A DNA stretch of 64,000 bases from Flavobacteriales bacterium (GCA_016721005.1 JADKJM010000007.1:24571-88570); one strand, 5' to 3'. Shown: positions 39,588 to 49,530, numbered from the stretch's first letter. Made by a program: numbers and translations. Notes: a model not told the origin generated them from the letters alone.

Positions 39588-40611
39588 CGTCACCGTGAAG
39601 ACACTTTTCAATAAGGCTCGTTCACTGGGCACGGGGCGCTTGGAAGTGAGGCTGAGCGGATCGGAATTGTATGGCCTTCTCCTGCTGATCTGCCGCGATC
39701 TCTCCTGGCAGCCGGAGCATATTGGATTGCCTAAGCCTCGCGAGGCCATACCAAAGCAGACCTACTATTCGGTCCCGCCGATCTGGTTCCTGAGCCATAG
39801 CAACGCACCGGATCCCGCAGAGCTTCAGAAGTCGATCGAAACAGCGATCGCCCTTGAGACCGACTTCGGGATGTATTTCTCGAACCTGTGCTCGCTGCAC
39901 AAACGGAGACTCAAATTCCAGCGGATCCTCAGCACGCAGCCGAAACCGACCATGGACCAGGTTGGTACACGTGGGCTGTTGGAGTATGGCACCTATACGA
40001 ACCAATTCCTCTTCAACTGGCTGGTCTGGCGTAAGTGGATCTTCGATCTGGACAACAGATCCGGCCAAGAGACGGGTTACTTATTCGAGCCGGTGCTTAC
40101 ACGTTGCCTCGGCGGTGAAGCTATCGATGCCAATTCGTCTCCAGTCAAGCGCATCGGAGAAAATGGCGAACCCAAGAAGGAAGGCAGGCAGATCGATTGT
40201 TATGTCGAAGACGAGAAGCTGGCCTATGAGTTCAAGATCCGGTTGACCATCGCGGCAAGCGGACAAGGCCGCTGGGACGAAGAGTTATCCTTCCCGGGAG
40301 AATGTGTTGCGGCGGGTCTTCGTCCGGTGCTCATTGTACTGGACCCAACTACTTCGAACCGCTTTGAGCAGTTGAGGGACCTCTTCTTGAGTCTTGGCGG
40401 CTTGGTGTTCGTGGGTGAAGCAGCTTGGAGCCATATTGAGGAACGTGCAGGCCGTACAATGGCCCGCTTCGTTGAGAATTACATCAAGCCGGCTCTCGAT
40501 GCGGCGAGCGAATTCGACACCGCACAGCTAGCGCCGATCTCTATGAGTTGGTTGGATGGATCGGTGGTTATTCGTATTGGAGACAAGGAACACAAGATCG
40601 AACGCGAATGA
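39571..40611 (+). CDS. Type II restriction endonuclease, ApaLI-like (predicted GTGCAC)
   Basis: WRKWIFDLDNRSGQETGYLFEP, GRQIDC, AYEFKIRLTIAASGQGRW.EELSF recalled from R.ApaLI; overlaps the MTase stop. Confidence 0.8.
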   Translation: MRMPVSVTVKTLFNKARSLGTGRLEVRLSGSELYGLLLLICRDLSWQPEHIGLPKPREAIPKQTYYSVPPIWFLSHSNAPDPAELQKSIETAIALETDFGMYFSNLCSLHKRRLKFQRILSTQPKPTMDQVGTRGLLEYGTYTNQFLFNWLVWRKWIFDLDNRSGQETGYLFEPVLTRCLGGEAIDANSSPVKRIGENGEPKKEGRQIDCYVEDEKLAYEFKIRLTIAASGQGRWDEELSFPGECVAAGLRPVLIVLDPTTSNRFEQLRDLFLSLGGLVFVGEAAWSHIEERAGRTMARFVENYIKPALDAASEFDTAQLAPISMSWLDGSVVIRIGDKEHKIERE

Positions 40612-40678
40612 CGCGTTCTTAGGCCCTAGCACGGTATCCTCATTCGCGCCAGCCTGCCGAGGTAGGTACATTCATCCC

Positions 40679-41365
40679 GTGTCCGCTCCCCGCTACCATA
40701 TCCTGCCCGGCATGCGCCCCCCCGAGGTGCTGCGCTGCGCCTGGCACGACAAGCTCGCGGTGGTACACAAGATGATGCGGCCCTTTGAGGAGTTGCGGCG
40801 CAGGCACCTGAAGGGCGACCGTACGGCGGTGCTGGAGCAAGTGGAGCGCTATACCGCCCCCTCCGGCAACCGCTGGATCGTGGTGTTGCGCGCGCGCAAG
40901 AGCGGCATACAGGTGTACCACTTCGTGTGGTACCGCGGCACGGACAACCGCATACGCGCCATGCGCATCCGCTGGGACGGCGGGGGCCAGGCGCACTTCA
41001 GTTGGCATGTGCTGGAGCAATACGCGGCGCGCTTCAGCCCGGATGTGGAAGCCGAGGAGCGGCTCTTGCAGTTCGTGACCGAGAACTACGATGTGGCCTT
41101 CAAGGCCGAGGTGATCGACGAGGACAACTCGAACATGAACATGTTCGGCGGCATCCGCCAAGGCCTGCTGTTCGGGGTGCTCGATGAGAAGGCGGACATC
41201 GTGTACATCACCACCTTCGTGGACCACAGCCTGTTCTTTCCCGACCAGGTGAAGCTGATGGAGCAACTGGACTTCCAGCGTTTCATGGGCAGCCTTTCGG
41301 ATGGGCAACGCCAGGCCATCCTGGAGAAAAGGCGAAAACAGGAGGGCGGCGAGGAGGGGCCGTGA
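40679..41365 (+). CDS. Hypothetical protein
   Basis: Open frame with host-like codon usage; HFSWHVLEQYAARF and ITTFV motifs; GTG start uncertain (alternative ATG 40712). Confidence 0.6.
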   Translation: MSAPRYHILPGMRPPEVLRCAWHDKLAVVHKMMRPFEELRRRHLKGDRTAVLEQVERYTAPSGNRWIVVLRARKSGIQVYHFVWYRGTDNRIRAMRIRWDGGGQAHFSWHVLEQYAARFSPDVEAEERLLQFVTENYDVAFKAEVIDEDNSNMNMFGGIRQGLLFGVLDEKADIVYITTFVDHSLFFPDQVKLMEQLDFQRFMGSLSDGQRQAILEKRRKQEGGEEGP

Positions 41366-41371
41366 TCACGA

Positions 41372-41494
41372 TCACAACACCCCCATCGGCACCCGTGTGC
41401 CGCGCTTGCCGTTGCACTTGCGCACGCTGCCGTGGCTGGCGGCACAAGAGGCGAGCAGGGCGATCAGGAGCAGGGCGGCTATCAGGCGCTTCAT
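41372..41494 (-). CDS. Small (40-aa) putative lipoprotein
   Basis: MKRLIAALLLIALLAS-CAASHGSVRKC: basic N-terminus, hydrophobic core, lipobox. Confidence 0.6.
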   Translation of the reverse strand: MKRLIAALLLIALLASCAASHGSVRKCNGKRGTRVPMGVL

Positions 41495-41609
41495 ATGGGA
41501 ACAACGCAGCAAGGCACCTTCGGCGTATGGGATCGAACGCGATCGTCCGTCCACGTGTACAGCATGCAACAGACCCGGCGGATACCTTCGCCCAAGCAAC
41601 CCGAACCCC

Positions 41610-43250
41610 ATGCGACTCCCCCACCTTGCACTTTCCACGTTCCTTCTTTGTTCGTTCCACGCCATTGCCGCCGAGGGCGAGAAACCCATCACCAGCAAGG
41701 TGAGCGAGGTGAAGGTCTTCCTCAGCGGCGCACAGGTCTCGCGCACGGCCAGCAGTTCGGTGCCGTCGGGCACGAGCACGTTCGTGTTCACCGGCCTCGC
41801 GCAGGGCATCGACCCCCAGAGCATCCAGGTCACGGGCAAAGGCGGGTACAGCATCCTCAGTGTGAACCACCGGATCAACTACCTCACCGAGAGCCCGAAG
41901 AAGAAGGAGATCGAGGACTTGCAGGCGAAGATCAAGAAATTGGAAAAGGACTGGGCGTTCGAGAAAGCCATGCAGGACGTGTGGGCGAACGAAGAACAAT
42001 TGCTCGGCAAGAATTCGGTGGTGGGTGGTCAGCAGAATGGTTTGACGGCCACGCAGCTCACGGCCGTGAACGATTACATCCGCCAGCGCTTGATCGCCAC
42101 CAAGACCAACTGGCTCGCGCAGCAGGAGAAGCTCGTCGGCATCCAGCAGGAGAAGGAGAAGCTGGTGCAGCAGATGCAGCAATATCAAGCGCAGGCCCCG
42201 CGTCCCACGAGCGAGATCGTGGTGGAGATCAGCAGCACGGTGGAGGTGAGCGCAAGCTTTACCCTCACCTACTTCCTTGGCAACGCGGGTTGGGTACCGG
42301 CGTATGATCTCCGGGCAAAAGGCGTGGGCCAACCCATCGATCTGCTGATGAAAGCACAGGTGACCAACAACACCGGCGAGGATTGGAACAAGGTGGACAT
42401 GAGCCTGAGCAGCGGCAACCCTACGCTTGGCGGTGTAATGCCGGCCATGAACCCGTGGACGCTCTACGTGGCCCAACTAAACCGCGAACAAACGTTGTCC
42501 ACACGCGGGATGCGCGCCGCGGATTCCGATAAGGCCGGTTCGTTCGCACGCCCCAGCGTCGCATCCGGTGCCGAAGTGAGTTTGAAGGAGATGGAGGAGA
42601 CCCCAGCCAGTTACACATGGGCAGGCGCGGTGAACCAACGCACCACCACCGTGGAGTTCGTGATCGAAACACCGTTCACTGTTCCCAGTGATGGGACGCC
42701 GCACATGATCGGCGTGCAGAACCACAGCATCCCCGCCACCTACAAGCATTACGCAACACCCAAGTTGGACAAGGACGCTTTCCTCTACGCGCGCACTACG
42801 GGTTGGGAGGATCTGAACCTCCTGCCCGGCCAAGCGAACGTGTTCTTCGAAGGCACCTTCGTGGGCGAGAGCTACTTGCAACTGGATATCCCGAAGGACA
42901 CGTTGGAGATCTCGCTGGGGCGTGATAAAGGCGTGACCGTGGAGCGCGTGCGCCGCAAGAGCACGAACGAGAAGGCCACGATCGGCAGCAAGCGCACGAT
43001 CACCGTTGGTTGGGATATCACCGTGCGCAACACCAAAGGCACGGCAGTGGACCTGGAACTGCGCGACCAGTATCCCCTCAGCCCGCAGAGTGAGATCGAG
43101 GTGAAGCTGGAAGAGAACGGCGGCGGCGTGGTGGATGAGAACAAGGGGTCGCTCACGTGGAACTTCCGTGTGGAGCCCAAGGCGACGAAGAAGCTCGGCT
43201 TCTCCTACACGGTGAAACATCCGAAGGACCTGCCGGTGGTGGTGGAATAG
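41610..43250 (+). CDS. DUF4139/DUF4140 (MuiA-family) exported protein
   Basis: SKVSEVKVFLSGAQVSR, AGWVPAYDLR, AQVTNNTGEDW..V...LSSGNP, TPKLD..AFL, LSLGRDKGVTVER. Confidence 0.9.
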   Translation: MRLPHLALSTFLLCSFHAIAAEGEKPITSKVSEVKVFLSGAQVSRTASSSVPSGTSTFVFTGLAQGIDPQSIQVTGKGGYSILSVNHRINYLTESPKKKEIEDLQAKIKKLEKDWAFEKAMQDVWANEEQLLGKNSVVGGQQNGLTATQLTAVNDYIRQRLIATKTNWLAQQEKLVGIQQEKEKLVQQMQQYQAQAPRPTSEIVVEISSTVEVSASFTLTYFLGNAGWVPAYDLRAKGVGQPIDLLMKAQVTNNTGEDWNKVDMSLSSGNPTLGGVMPAMNPWTLYVAQLNREQTLSTRGMRAADSDKAGSFARPSVASGAEVSLKEMEETPASYTWAGAVNQRTTTVEFVIETPFTVPSDGTPHMIGVQNHSIPATYKHYATPKLDKDAFLYARTTGWEDLNLLPGQANVFFEGTFVGESYLQLDIPKDTLEISLGRDKGVTVERVRRKSTNEKATIGSKRTITVGWDITVRNTKGTAVDLELRDQYPLSPQSEIEVKLEENGGGVVDENKGSLTWNFRVEPKATKKLGFSYTVKHPKDLPVVVE

Positions 43251-43252
43251 CG

Positions 43253-43642
43253 ATGGCGGTCCAACACGTCCGTTTGGATCATACGGTCACGGAGGCGCGC
43301 TTCGCCGGGGATCGTATGCCGCGACTGGAATTCAAGCACGCACTCTTCCGCACGTTGTTGCCCGGTTGGCATACGCGCTTGTACCGAGCGGCCGTGGTAG
43401 TGACGACCACAGCGCACGGGCCCGATGAACGCAAGTTGGTCGTGGATCACCAAGCGATGCGCTTCAGCCTCCTGTACAATAACACCTGGCCCGATCCGGT
43501 GTTCCGCGACATCAAGCGTTGGCCGTACAAACCCGTGGAGCTGAAACCCGGCGCGCCCGTGGTGAGTTGGTTGGTGGAATTGCGCTTGCGCGAATTGCGC
43601 TTGGGTCCGAAGGAGTGGGTGGATCTGGTCTTTGTGGGTTGA
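43253..43642 (+). CDS. Hypothetical protein
   Basis: ATG 2 bp after the upstream stop; host-like codon usage; no family recognised. Confidence 0.55.
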   Translation: MAVQHVRLDHTVTEARFAGDRMPRLEFKHALFRTLLPGWHTRLYRAAVVVTTTAHGPDERKLVVDHQAMRFSLLYNNTWPDPVFRDIKRWPYKPVELKPGAPVVSWLVELRLRELRLGPKEWVDLVFVG

Positions 43643-43682
43643 ATGCGGATCGCAGGGTATCTGGATTGAAGGCTTTGTGTCG

Positions 43683-43946
43683 CTGCGACCCTGCCGTACG
43701 GCAGGTCGGAACGCGATCGCTTGATGTTGCTATATGCTGTGACCCCTTCGGGGTCCAAACGACCCGCAGGTACTGACCCCGGAGGGGTCACAGCCTGTAG
43801 AAAACGATGACACGGATCGATCGACTTGATGTTGCTATATGCTGTGACCCCTTCGGGGTCCATACGACCCGCAGGTACTGACCCCGGAGGGGTCACAGCC
43901 TGTAGAAAATGATGACACGGAACGATCGACCCTGAAGGGGTCGCAG
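43683..43946. repeat. REP cluster (six GACCC-type palindromes; 105-bp direct duplication)
   Basis: TGTGACCCCTTCGGGGTC / GACCCCGGAGGGGTCACA inverted pairs repeated at 43720 and 43825; outer CTGCGACCC...GGGGTCGCAG. Confidence 0.9.
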
Positions 43947-44018
43947 ACAACGGAACCCTGCGCGGGCATGAAGCGCATGATCCTATTCAGCGATCCGCCC
44001 CGCCTACCTTTACCCACC

Positions 44019-44780
44019 ATGCGCGCGCTGCTCTTCACTTTCCTCTTTACTGTTTGCGGAACGAGCAACGCCCAATTGAACAATTGGGATCCGAGCTGGT
44101 ACGCCACGGATTCCGCGCTGATCTTCCACGACGACCTGGACTACTACCTGAATGCGTACAGCAAGGGCGAGATCATGGCCATGCGCAAGCAAGTGAACAT
44201 CTGGAAGATGAACTTCGACAAGTTGATGCACCAGACCATCCGCGAGATCCGTGCGTACAGCGAAGGCTACGGTATGGAACCTCGCGTACACGACTTCACG
44301 CTTCCTGTTGCGCAACAGGCCGGAACGTATTCACTGAAGGCCAACCAGGGGAAGATCCGCGCATTCATGTTCGGCAGCATCAGTAATCCACCGGCGCGTG
44401 TGCAGATCGAACGGTGGAGCCGGTTGGCGAAGAAGTACACCGGCGAGGACGTGCAGATCTTCGTGGTCTACGGACGTGAGTTGCACCCGGGTGATCACAA
44501 GACATTCAAGCTTTATCCGGAACCGAAGAGCGAAACCGAGAAGGCGGCCTATGCGAAGGAGTTCGCTCAGTTGGGCACTATCCCGGTGCTTATCGATGGG
44601 CTTGATGATGCGGCCTTCACCGCATATGGCAAGGCTCCCAATGGCGCCTACCTCGTGGACAAGGACGGCAACCTCGTGTTCCGCAGCACATGGGCCGATG
44701 ACCGGAAGATGGAGCACATGATCGATACCCTCCTGAAGTGGTACAAGGCCGGCAAGCCGAAGGGCTTCGTGGCCAAGTAG
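44019..44780 (+). CDS. Exported iodothyronine-deiodinase-like (thioredoxin-fold) protein with Asn at the catalytic position
   Basis: FMFGSISNPP (cf. FGSxTC/UPP), VYGRELHPG (cf. VYxxEAHP), LIDGLDD...AYG.APN.AYLVD.DG. Confidence 0.75.
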   Translation: MRALLFTFLFTVCGTSNAQLNNWDPSWYATDSALIFHDDLDYYLNAYSKGEIMAMRKQVNIWKMNFDKLMHQTIREIRAYSEGYGMEPRVHDFTLPVAQQAGTYSLKANQGKIRAFMFGSISNPPARVQIERWSRLAKKYTGEDVQIFVVYGRELHPGDHKTFKLYPEPKSETEKAAYAKEFAQLGTIPVLIDGLDDAAFTAYGKAPNGAYLVDKDGNLVFRSTWADDRKMEHMIDTLLKWYKAGKPKGFVAK

Positions 44781-44783
44781 CCT

Positions 44784-46205
44784 TCACACCTTCAAGGTCT
44801 TCCACTTTCCGCGTTGGAAGATGATGCCGCACAGCACCGCGAGGATGCTTTCACTGATCGCGACGGAGGCGAAGACGCCGGGCGGTCCGAGTCCCATGGG
44901 GATCGCGAGCACATAGGCCAGCGGGATCTCGATCATCCAGAAACAGATGATGTTCAGCCACGTCGGGGTGATGCTATCGCCTGCACCGTTCAGCGCTTGC
45001 GAGAGCACCATGCCGTAGCCGTAGAAGAAGTAGCCAAGGCTGATCACGCGTAACGCGGTCACTGCGTAAGCATCCGCTTCCGCGCCTTGGTGGAAGAAGG
45101 AGACCACCCGTGGAGATGCTGCCCAGAAAAAGGCCGTGACCAGGACCATGAAGACCATGTTGTAGTGTCCGCACAACCATGCGCTACGCTGCGCGCGATC
45201 GGGTTGCTGAGCGCCGAGGTTCTGTCCAACAAGTGTGGCGGCCGCGTTCGCCATGCCCCACGCAGGCAACAGGGCCACGATGATGATCCGCATCGCCACC
45301 ATGTACCCACCCACGGCCACGGTTCCGAAGGATGCGATGATCCGCACGAGGAAGACCCAACTCAAACTTGCGATCACGAATTGCCCGACCGCGCCGAGCG
45401 ACACTTTCACAATGCCGACCAACACATCACGGATCGGTCGCAGATCAGGAAGGCTCACCGCGAAACTTCCATCCTTCCGGAACAGGTTCCAGAGCAAGTA
45501 GGCCACACCGATGCTCCTTCCGATGGTCGTCGCGACCGCAGCACCCTGCACGCCGAGCTCCGGGAAGAATCCCACGCCGAAGATGAAGAGCGGATCGAGG
45601 ATGATGTTGATACCATTCGCAAGTGCGAGGGTACGCAAGGCCATGGCCGCGTTGCCCGCACCACGGAACACGGCATTCACTGCAAAGAGCAACGTAACGA
45701 TGAGATTGCTCGCCAGCATCAAGCGCGCGTAGGGCGTGGCCACTACCATCACCTCCGGTTCGGCGCCCATCAGGTGCAGCAGTTGGGGTGCGAACAGCAC
45801 AGCGGGCAACGCGAGGCACAAGCCGCAAATGAGTGCGATGAAGAAACTCTGTCCCGCTGCGATGCGCGCGCCTTCCTTGTTCTTCTCGCCGGTGCGACGG
45901 GCCACCACCGCCGTGATCCCCATGCCGAGTCCCCACGCGATGGAATAGGTCGGGATCATGAGCGTCTCCGTGAGTCCGACGGTCGCGGTAGCCACCACAC
46001 CGAGCTTCGACACGAAGAAGGTGTCCACCAACGCGAAGAGGGCCTCCATGCCCATCTCCATGATCATGGGGATACTGAGCAATACGATCGCGCGACGCAT
46101 GCCCATGGCGGTGTAGTCCTGCTCCTCGCCGGAGAGGCTTTCCACAAAGGCATCGTACAGTCGGCGCAGCAACATGGAGGCGAATGACGCCGACGGTCGT
46201 GCCAT
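44784..46205 (-). CDS. MATE-family efflux transporter
   Basis: IVLLSIPMI.EM.ME, VFRGAG, NIILDPLFIFG, GVQGAAVATTIGR, ALNGAGDS.TP. Confidence 0.95.
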   Translation of the reverse strand: MARPSASFASMLLRRLYDAFVESLSGEEQDYTAMGMRRAIVLLSIPMIMEMGMEALFALVDTFFVSKLGVVATATVGLTETLMIPTYSIAWGLGMGITAVVARRTGEKNKEGARIAAGQSFFIALICGLCLALPAVLFAPQLLHLMGAEPEVMVVATPYARLMLASNLIVTLLFAVNAVFRGAGNAAMALRTLALANGINIILDPLFIFGVGFFPELGVQGAAVATTIGRSIGVAYLLWNLFRKDGSFAVSLPDLRPIRDVLVGIVKVSLGAVGQFVIASLSWVFLVRIIASFGTVAVGGYMVAMRIIIVALLPAWGMANAAATLVGQNLGAQQPDRAQRSAWLCGHYNMVFMVLVTAFFWAASPRVVSFFHQGAEADAYAVTALRVISLGYFFYGYGMVLSQALNGAGDSITPTWLNIICFWMIEIPLAYVLAIPMGLGPPGVFASVAISESILAVLCGIIFQRGKWKTLKV

Positions 46206-46317
46206 CGTTGTCCGGCGCACAAGATGCGGTGCGGGTGCGAACACTTCACATCCGGTCGTTCAAAGCGCAGCGGAGCCATCGCCCCACACCCCCTGATGCG
46301 CCGGGTACTTTTGATCC

Positions 46318-47505
46318 ATGCTTCGCACGCTCATACTCGGCACCACTCTGCTCGCACTCACCGGAACCGTTTCGGCACAGAACCTCTTCGAGCGCACGCT
46401 CGGCAACGACACCATGCCGAACCTGGTGATGAACCCCGGCTTCGAGGAAGTGGAACGCACCTATTGCGCGTGGACCACCGATGTGGCCAAGTTCAACGCC
46501 GCAGTGAACGGTTGGAGCTCACCCACCGAGACCACACCGGATCACTTCAGCACGACGCTCGATCCGCAGTGCTGGGCGAATCCGAAAAAGCACAGCGACG
46601 GCAAACAGAGCACGCACAGCGGCACGGCGATGGTCGGCATCAAGGTCTATGGCAAGGGCAACACACCGACCTATTGGCACGAGTATGTGCAATCCGAACT
46701 ACCCGAACCCTTGCAAGCGGGTGTGCGCTACATCGCGGAGTGCTGGGTGTTGCGCGCAGTGCGTAGTAACGAGGCCAGTAACAACATCGGTATCGCTTTC
46801 CAGGAAGCGCCGATCAGTACGCGCGATCGCCTCCCCTTGTACATCACACCGTATGCGAACGAGGAGAAAGTGGTGAAGGGTGGTTGGCAAAAGGTGCGCG
46901 GTGTCTTCGATGCCACGGGCATGGAGAAGTTCTTACTGATCGGGAATTTCTACGGTGATGAAGTGACCACGCATGAGCGCCAACCGAACGGCGAGCGCGG
47001 GGCGTACTATTTCATCGATGACGTGAACGTGCGCATCGCGCCACCCGGTACCGCGCTCACACCGAAGCCGAAAACGAGCACACCGCCACCGCCACGACCC
47101 GTTGCTCCGGACCACGCGAGCAGCAATACGGTGGACATCCATCAGGTGGAACCAACCGTGGGCACGCGGGTGCGCTTGGACAACGTGCAATTCGAATTCG
47201 ACAAGGCCGACCTGAAGCCGGGCTATGAGAAGGAACTCGACAAGCTGGTGGATCTGATGACCGACTTCCCGCACCTACGCGTGGAGATCGAAGGCCACAC
47301 CGATGACCAGGGCAGCGACGACTACAACCTGCGCTTGAGCGATGCCCGCGCGAAGGCCGTGGTGGATTACCTATTGAAGAAGGACGTGGAGAAGGAACGC
47401 TTGAGCTGGAAAGGCTACGGTGAAAGCAAGCCCTTGGTACCGAATGATGGCGAACCGGGTCGCGCAGTGAACCGGCGCGTGGAGTTCCGCATCATCGAGC
47501 GCTGA
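46318..47505 (+). CDS. OmpA-family protein with N-terminal carbohydrate-binding-like domain
   Basis: NLVMNPGFEE...TPDHF N-domain; C-terminal IEGHTDDQGS..YNLRLS..RAKAV....NRRVEF. Confidence 0.9.
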   Translation: MLRTLILGTTLLALTGTVSAQNLFERTLGNDTMPNLVMNPGFEEVERTYCAWTTDVAKFNAAVNGWSSPTETTPDHFSTTLDPQCWANPKKHSDGKQSTHSGTAMVGIKVYGKGNTPTYWHEYVQSELPEPLQAGVRYIAECWVLRAVRSNEASNNIGIAFQEAPISTRDRLPLYITPYANEEKVVKGGWQKVRGVFDATGMEKFLLIGNFYGDEVTTHERQPNGERGAYYFIDDVNVRIAPPGTALTPKPKTSTPPPPRPVAPDHASSNTVDIHQVEPTVGTRVRLDNVQFEFDKADLKPGYEKELDKLVDLMTDFPHLRVEIEGHTDDQGSDDYNLRLSDARAKAVVDYLLKKDVEKERLSWKGYGESKPLVPNDGEPGRAVNRRVEFRIIER

Positions 47506-47622
47506 TCAAGCCGCGTTGGGAACTCCTGGTTCCGCATTCCAACGCACTTCCCCGATCCGGCAGGTTCCACGAACCTCCGAACATCGGACCTTAGGCCACC
47601 CGCAGCAGCGGGATGTTCCACG

Positions 47623-49479
47623 ATGCACCCGTTGGATTGGACCATACTCCTGGGAACGCTTGGCTTGATCGTCGGCTATGGCGTATGGCGCACGCGCGGC
47701 ACCAGCACCAGTGAAGGCTATCTGCGCGGCGGAAGCGATAACCGATGGTGGGCCGTCGGCTTGAGTGTGATGGCCACACAAGCCAGCGCGATCACCTTCC
47801 TCAGCACACCGGGCCAGGGCTTCACGGACGGAATGGGCTTCGTACAGTTCTACTTCGGCCTGCCGCTGGCCATGATCGTGATCAATCGCGTCTTCATTCC
47901 GCTCTACTACAAAATGAAGGTCTTCACAGCCTACGAATACATCGGGAAGCGGTTCGATGGTCGCACAAGGCTTCTTGCCGCAGGTCTTTTCCTCATCCAA
48001 CGAGGACTGGCTGCGGGAATCACCATCTACGCGCCGAGCATCATACTCAGCCAAGTGCTGCACTGGCCGCTTTCATGGACCTGCGCTTTCATCGGTGTGC
48101 TGGTGATCATCTACACCACCACCGGCGGTGCGAAGGCGGTGGGTGTTACGCACAAGCACCAGATGGCGGTGATCTTCCTCGGCCTGCTGATCGCCTTCGG
48201 CTACATCGTCCATTCGCTCAGCCCGGTGATCTCGTTCGGCGAAAGTCTCCAACTCGCCAAGGACCTCGGCAAGCTGGATGTGATCGACACCTCCTTCAAC
48301 CCCTCGAACAAGTACACGTTGTGGAGTGGCTTGATCGGCGGCTTCTTTTTGCAACTCGCCTACTTCGGCACCGACCAGAGCCAAGTGCAACGCTACCTCA
48401 GTGGCAAGAATGTGGAGCAAGCGAAACGCGGCCTGTGGATGAACGCGGTACTGAAGATCCCGATGCAGTTCTTCATCCTGCTCATCGGTGTGCTGGTGTT
48501 CGTGTTCTACCTATTCAATCCTGCGCCGGTGCATTGGAACGCGGCGAACGTGGAAGCTGTGCGGAATGCGGAAACCGCAGAGGCGCAGAGGGCGCTGAGT
48601 ATTGCGGACTCTATCGGGGTTGAGGGCATGTCGAAGTTCCCCGATCTCACAGCGAGCCGACTTCGACAGCAGTATCAGGGGAACACGGATTCGATCGCGG
48701 TGATATCCATGGCGTGGGTGGAAGCCCAGCGTGCGGGCGGAGCGGCCGCAACAACACAATGGAACACGGCCCTTACTTCCGCCTTGGACCGATCCAAGGT
48801 GCTGCATGAGCGCTATCAAGAGAAAGTGAAGATCGTGCTTCCGAAAGCCGAGACGAATGACAAGGACTACATCTTCATCACCTTCATCATGGACCATCTG
48901 CCGGTGGGGATCATCGGCCTGCTGCTCGCCATGATCTTCAGCGCGGGCATGAGCAGCACCAGCGCGGAATTGAGTGCGCTCGCCACCACCAGCGTGGTGG
49001 ATGTGGTGAAGCGCGAACGCACGGATGCCGAACTCGTGATCCACACCAAGTGGGCTACCGTGCTCTTCGGCCTGCTCGCCCTGGCCTTCGCTGCGTTGTT
49101 CTCGCTCTTCGAGAACCTGATACAAGCTGTGAACATCATCGGTTCGCTGTTCTATGGAACGATCCTGGGGATCTTCCTTGTCGCCTTCTTCTTCAAGCGG
49201 ATCCAAGGGTGGGCCGTGTTCTTCGCGGCGATCATCGCCCAGTTGCTCATCCTGGTCCACTTCGGACTGGACCACTGGAATGTGTTCGAGTACACCCTGC
49301 CAGACGGCTCGAAGCACGACCCGCTCGCGATCGCCTTCCTCTGGTACAACCTGCTCGCTCCAGCGGTGTTGATCACGTTCGCCGGCCTGCTCCAGTGGAC
49401 CCGACCCCGCGATCAACGAGGTTCACCCAACCCTATCAGTAGCGGTTCCATGCGAACAGGTTTCCAAGGTCGGTCGTGA
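47623..49479 (+). CDS. Sodium:solute symporter family protein
   Basis: GLSVMATQASAITFLSTPG, TAYEY..KRF, YFGTDQSQVQRYL, FSAGMSS. Confidence 0.93.
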   Translation: MHPLDWTILLGTLGLIVGYGVWRTRGTSTSEGYLRGGSDNRWWAVGLSVMATQASAITFLSTPGQGFTDGMGFVQFYFGLPLAMIVINRVFIPLYYKMKVFTAYEYIGKRFDGRTRLLAAGLFLIQRGLAAGITIYAPSIILSQVLHWPLSWTCAFIGVLVIIYTTTGGAKAVGVTHKHQMAVIFLGLLIAFGYIVHSLSPVISFGESLQLAKDLGKLDVIDTSFNPSNKYTLWSGLIGGFFLQLAYFGTDQSQVQRYLSGKNVEQAKRGLWMNAVLKIPMQFFILLIGVLVFVFYLFNPAPVHWNAANVEAVRNAETAEAQRALSIADSIGVEGMSKFPDLTASRLRQQYQGNTDSIAVISMAWVEAQRAGGAAATTQWNTALTSALDRSKVLHERYQEKVKIVLPKAETNDKDYIFITFIMDHLPVGIIGLLLAMIFSAGMSSTSAELSALATTSVVDVVKRERTDAELVIHTKWATVLFGLLALAFAALFSLFENLIQAVNIIGSLFYGTILGIFLVAFFFKRIQGWAVFFAAIIAQLLILVHFGLDHWNVFEYTLPDGSKHDPLAIAFLWYNLLAPAVLITFAGLLQWTRPRDQRGSPNPISSGSMRTGFQGRS

Positions 49480-49530
49480 ACCAAGTGCTTGATCCGCAAC
49501 CCGCTCAGTTCCACGCCGAAGTAGGAACAT

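Noticed and set aside
17068-44780. Prophage or ICE
   Set aside because: No structural, terminase, relaxase, T4SS or integrase genes were recognised
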